DNA from: Pelomyxa schiedti | Taxonomy: Eukaryota; Protista; Evosea | Direction: 5' to 3' | Length of the DNA: 64,000 bases | Assembly (NCBI GenBank): GCA_020536535.1 | Contig: JAHLWZ010000417.1 | Coordinates: forward strand, 1-64,000 | Shown here: one piece after another, positions 62,425 through 64,000 of the stretch | How the letters are laid out: each line of letters starts with the position of its first letter | Position numbering within the stretch: the first letter of the stretch is position 1 | Made by a program: the position numbers and the translations under genes | The notes under the pieces: model-generated | Seen by the model: the letters and a program-made list of their open reading frames with translations, nothing else | Databases searched by the model: none | Told to the model about the DNA's origin: nothing

Positions 62425-64000
62425 TCAGTGTGCTAGCTTTCTCCTGATCCACCTTATCAGTTCCGGGTTGTTCCCATGGACACTAGCATAAGACAGGGCA
62501 GTCTCTCCCCTGTAGTCCTGCTCGTACAGCGAGGCGCCGTTCTCCACGAGCCACTTGACGGCCTCGAGGTGGCCGCGGTTCGCGGCGAGCAGCAGCGGGG
62601 TCATCCCCAGGTTGTTCTTCTCGGCCAGCGAGCGGCCGTGGGCCACGAGCCACATGATCAGCTCCACGCCCCCGCCCAGCGCCGCGTTGAGCAGCACGGT
62701 GTTGCCCTCCTCGTCCCGCTCGTCCAGCGAGGCCCCGCGGGCCACCAGCAGCTTCACCGCGGCCTTGTTGTTGCGGTTGGCCGCGTTGAGCAGCGCCGTG
62801 CGGCCCGTCCGGCTCTGCTCCTTGATGCTGCTGCCGTGCTCCAGCAGCCAGCTGATCGTCTCCACGCTGCCCCCCAGCGCCGCCCGCAGCAGCGCCGTGT
62901 TGCCCTCGCGGTCCTCCTCGGCCACCGCCATCCCGTGCCCGCACAGGAACCGCACTGCCTCCAGGTGCCCCCTGTTGGCCGCGTGCAGCAGCGCCGTCCG
63001 CCCGCGGTTGTCCACCTCGGCCATGCTGGCCCCGTGCTCCAGCAGCCACTTCACCGCGTCCATGTTCCCGCGGCGGCGGACCGCGTGCAGCAGCGCCGTG
63101 GCCCCCTGGTTGTCTCGCTCGCTGAGCTTGGCCCCGTGGTTTATCAGCCACTCTATCGCGGCCACGCAGCCGCCGTTCGCGGCCAGGAGCAGCGCGGTCC
63201 GGCCTTTGTAGTCGGTCACCGTCAGTGGGGAGCTGTTCGACCACAGCCACTGGATCGTGGTGACGCTGCCGCCCAGGGCCGCGAGGAGGAGTGCCGTGCT
63301 TCCGCTGTAGTCTTTCTCGGTGGTCATGTTGCCGTTCCCGTTGTCCAGAAGGAACTTGGCTACCTCGACTTGTCCGTTGATTGCGGCGAGAAGGAAAGGT
63401 GTCCTGCCAACCGGGTTGGGTGCCATGCAGTGCTCCTGAAGCCACTGTGCTGTGCTGGACTTGCCACTGATGGCTGCCAGTAAGATCAGCATGTTGATGT
63501 TCTTGGGTTCCAAGGAGGAAGTGGTGGTTTCTTCACAGGGAGATACTGATATGTGACACTTGTTGTGGCGGTTGTGTGGGTCCTGTATTGTGACAGTGAC
63601 TATGAGTTGTGTGTTACAGTACTTGATGGCTAGCACCGATAGAAGAGGGGCGGGGGCCATAATACTAGCCAAAGTGAGGCTGAGGCAGTTTGTTATGACT
63701 AGTTTTTTCAGGAATGGACAATTTACAGCATTGATGTTAAGGGTTGACAAGCTCAGGCAAGATTCGATACATAGAGACTGCAGGTGATTTGCTTTACTTT
63801 CGAAAAATGACAGGCTTTTCAAATGTTGATTGCCGCAGCTTATGATTTTTAGTGAGGTTAGCCACTTATGTTGTGCTTCTATTATGGAATTGAGAATTCC
63901 ATTGTCAAGTAAATGATATCCTCGCAAAACCAGCTTGTTGAATTTTCCAGCGATGGGTACTCCTCCTCTATTACTCGTTATTAGACCAAGCACTTCTTTT
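62425..64000 (-). CDS. LRR plus ankyrin-repeat protein, 5' partial
   Basis: About 10 GxTALLxAA ankyrin repeats preceded by LxxLxIxxC LRRs. Confidence 0.9.
   Translation of the reverse strand, partial: KEVLGLITSNRGGVPIAGKFNKLVLRGYHLLDNGILNSIIEAQHKWLTSLKIISCGNQHLKSLSFFESKANHLQSLCIESCLSLSTLNINAVNCPFLKKLVITNCLSLTLASIMAPAPLLSVLAIKYCNTQLIVTVTIQDPHNRHNKCHISVSPCEETTTSSLEPKNINMLILLAAISGKSSTAQWLQEHCMAPNPVGRTPFLLAAINGQVEVAKFLLDNGNGNMTTEKDYSGSTALLLAALGGSVTTIQWLWSNSSPLTVTDYKGRTALLLAANGGCVAAIEWLINHGAKLSERDNQGATALLHAVRRRGNMDAVKWLLEHGASMAEVDNRGRTALLHAANRGHLEAVRFLCGHGMAVAEEDREGNTALLRAALGGSVETISWLLEHGSSIKEQSRTGRTALLNAANRNNKAAVKLLVARGASLDERDEEGNTVLLNAALGGGVELIMWLVAHGRSLAEKNNLGMTPLLLAANRGHLEAVKWLVENGASLYEQDYRGETALSYASVHGNNPELIRWIRRKLAH

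Noticed and set aside
62476-63483. Long alternative-frame ORFs (335, 320 and 218 aa)
   Set aside because: Shadow ORFs of the GC-rich ankyrin CDS.

Overview
Gene-dense eukaryotic DNA with many short (~40-70 nt) GT-AG introns and Ser/Thr/Gln/Pro low-complexity proteins. By inference this is an amoebozoan, plausibly an anaerobic archamoeba such as Pelomyxa; this is not verified. The first ~17.5 kb is a rearranged, duplicated zone. It holds seven copies of an unrecognised ~95-100 nt G-U-rich hairpin element in two subtypes (A and B). Each copy has an invariant TCCCACAATTT motif starting 64-66 bp before its 5' G-run, and this motif matches the Dictyostelium DUSE promoter of snRNA/SRP/Class I RNA genes, so these look like a multicopy small-RNA gene family. 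Pairs of these genes, inverted and pointing outward, bracket paralogous degenerate-ankyrin genes (A-A around one, B-B around the other). The two cassettes share the same outer flanks but have opposite internal orientation, which suggests an inversion bounded by the RNA genes. TMEM94 and a nitroreductase lie within this zone. The rest of the window carries a USP48-like protease, a nucleoside hydrolase, an ELAPOR/KIAA1324-like protein, two Arg-less DUSP pseudophosphatases, RPP30, a VPS9 protein, a TRIM-like protein, an ankyrin-kinase, a RING protein, a membrane-anchored Glk-type glucokinase, a small FVSNSSS-motif gene, a predicted 7TM(TOM1/GPR137-like)-INPP4 fusion and a partial LRR-ankyrin gene. 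There is one 100-N gap at 1668-1767. Exon boundaries were read by eye and are approximate unless stated.
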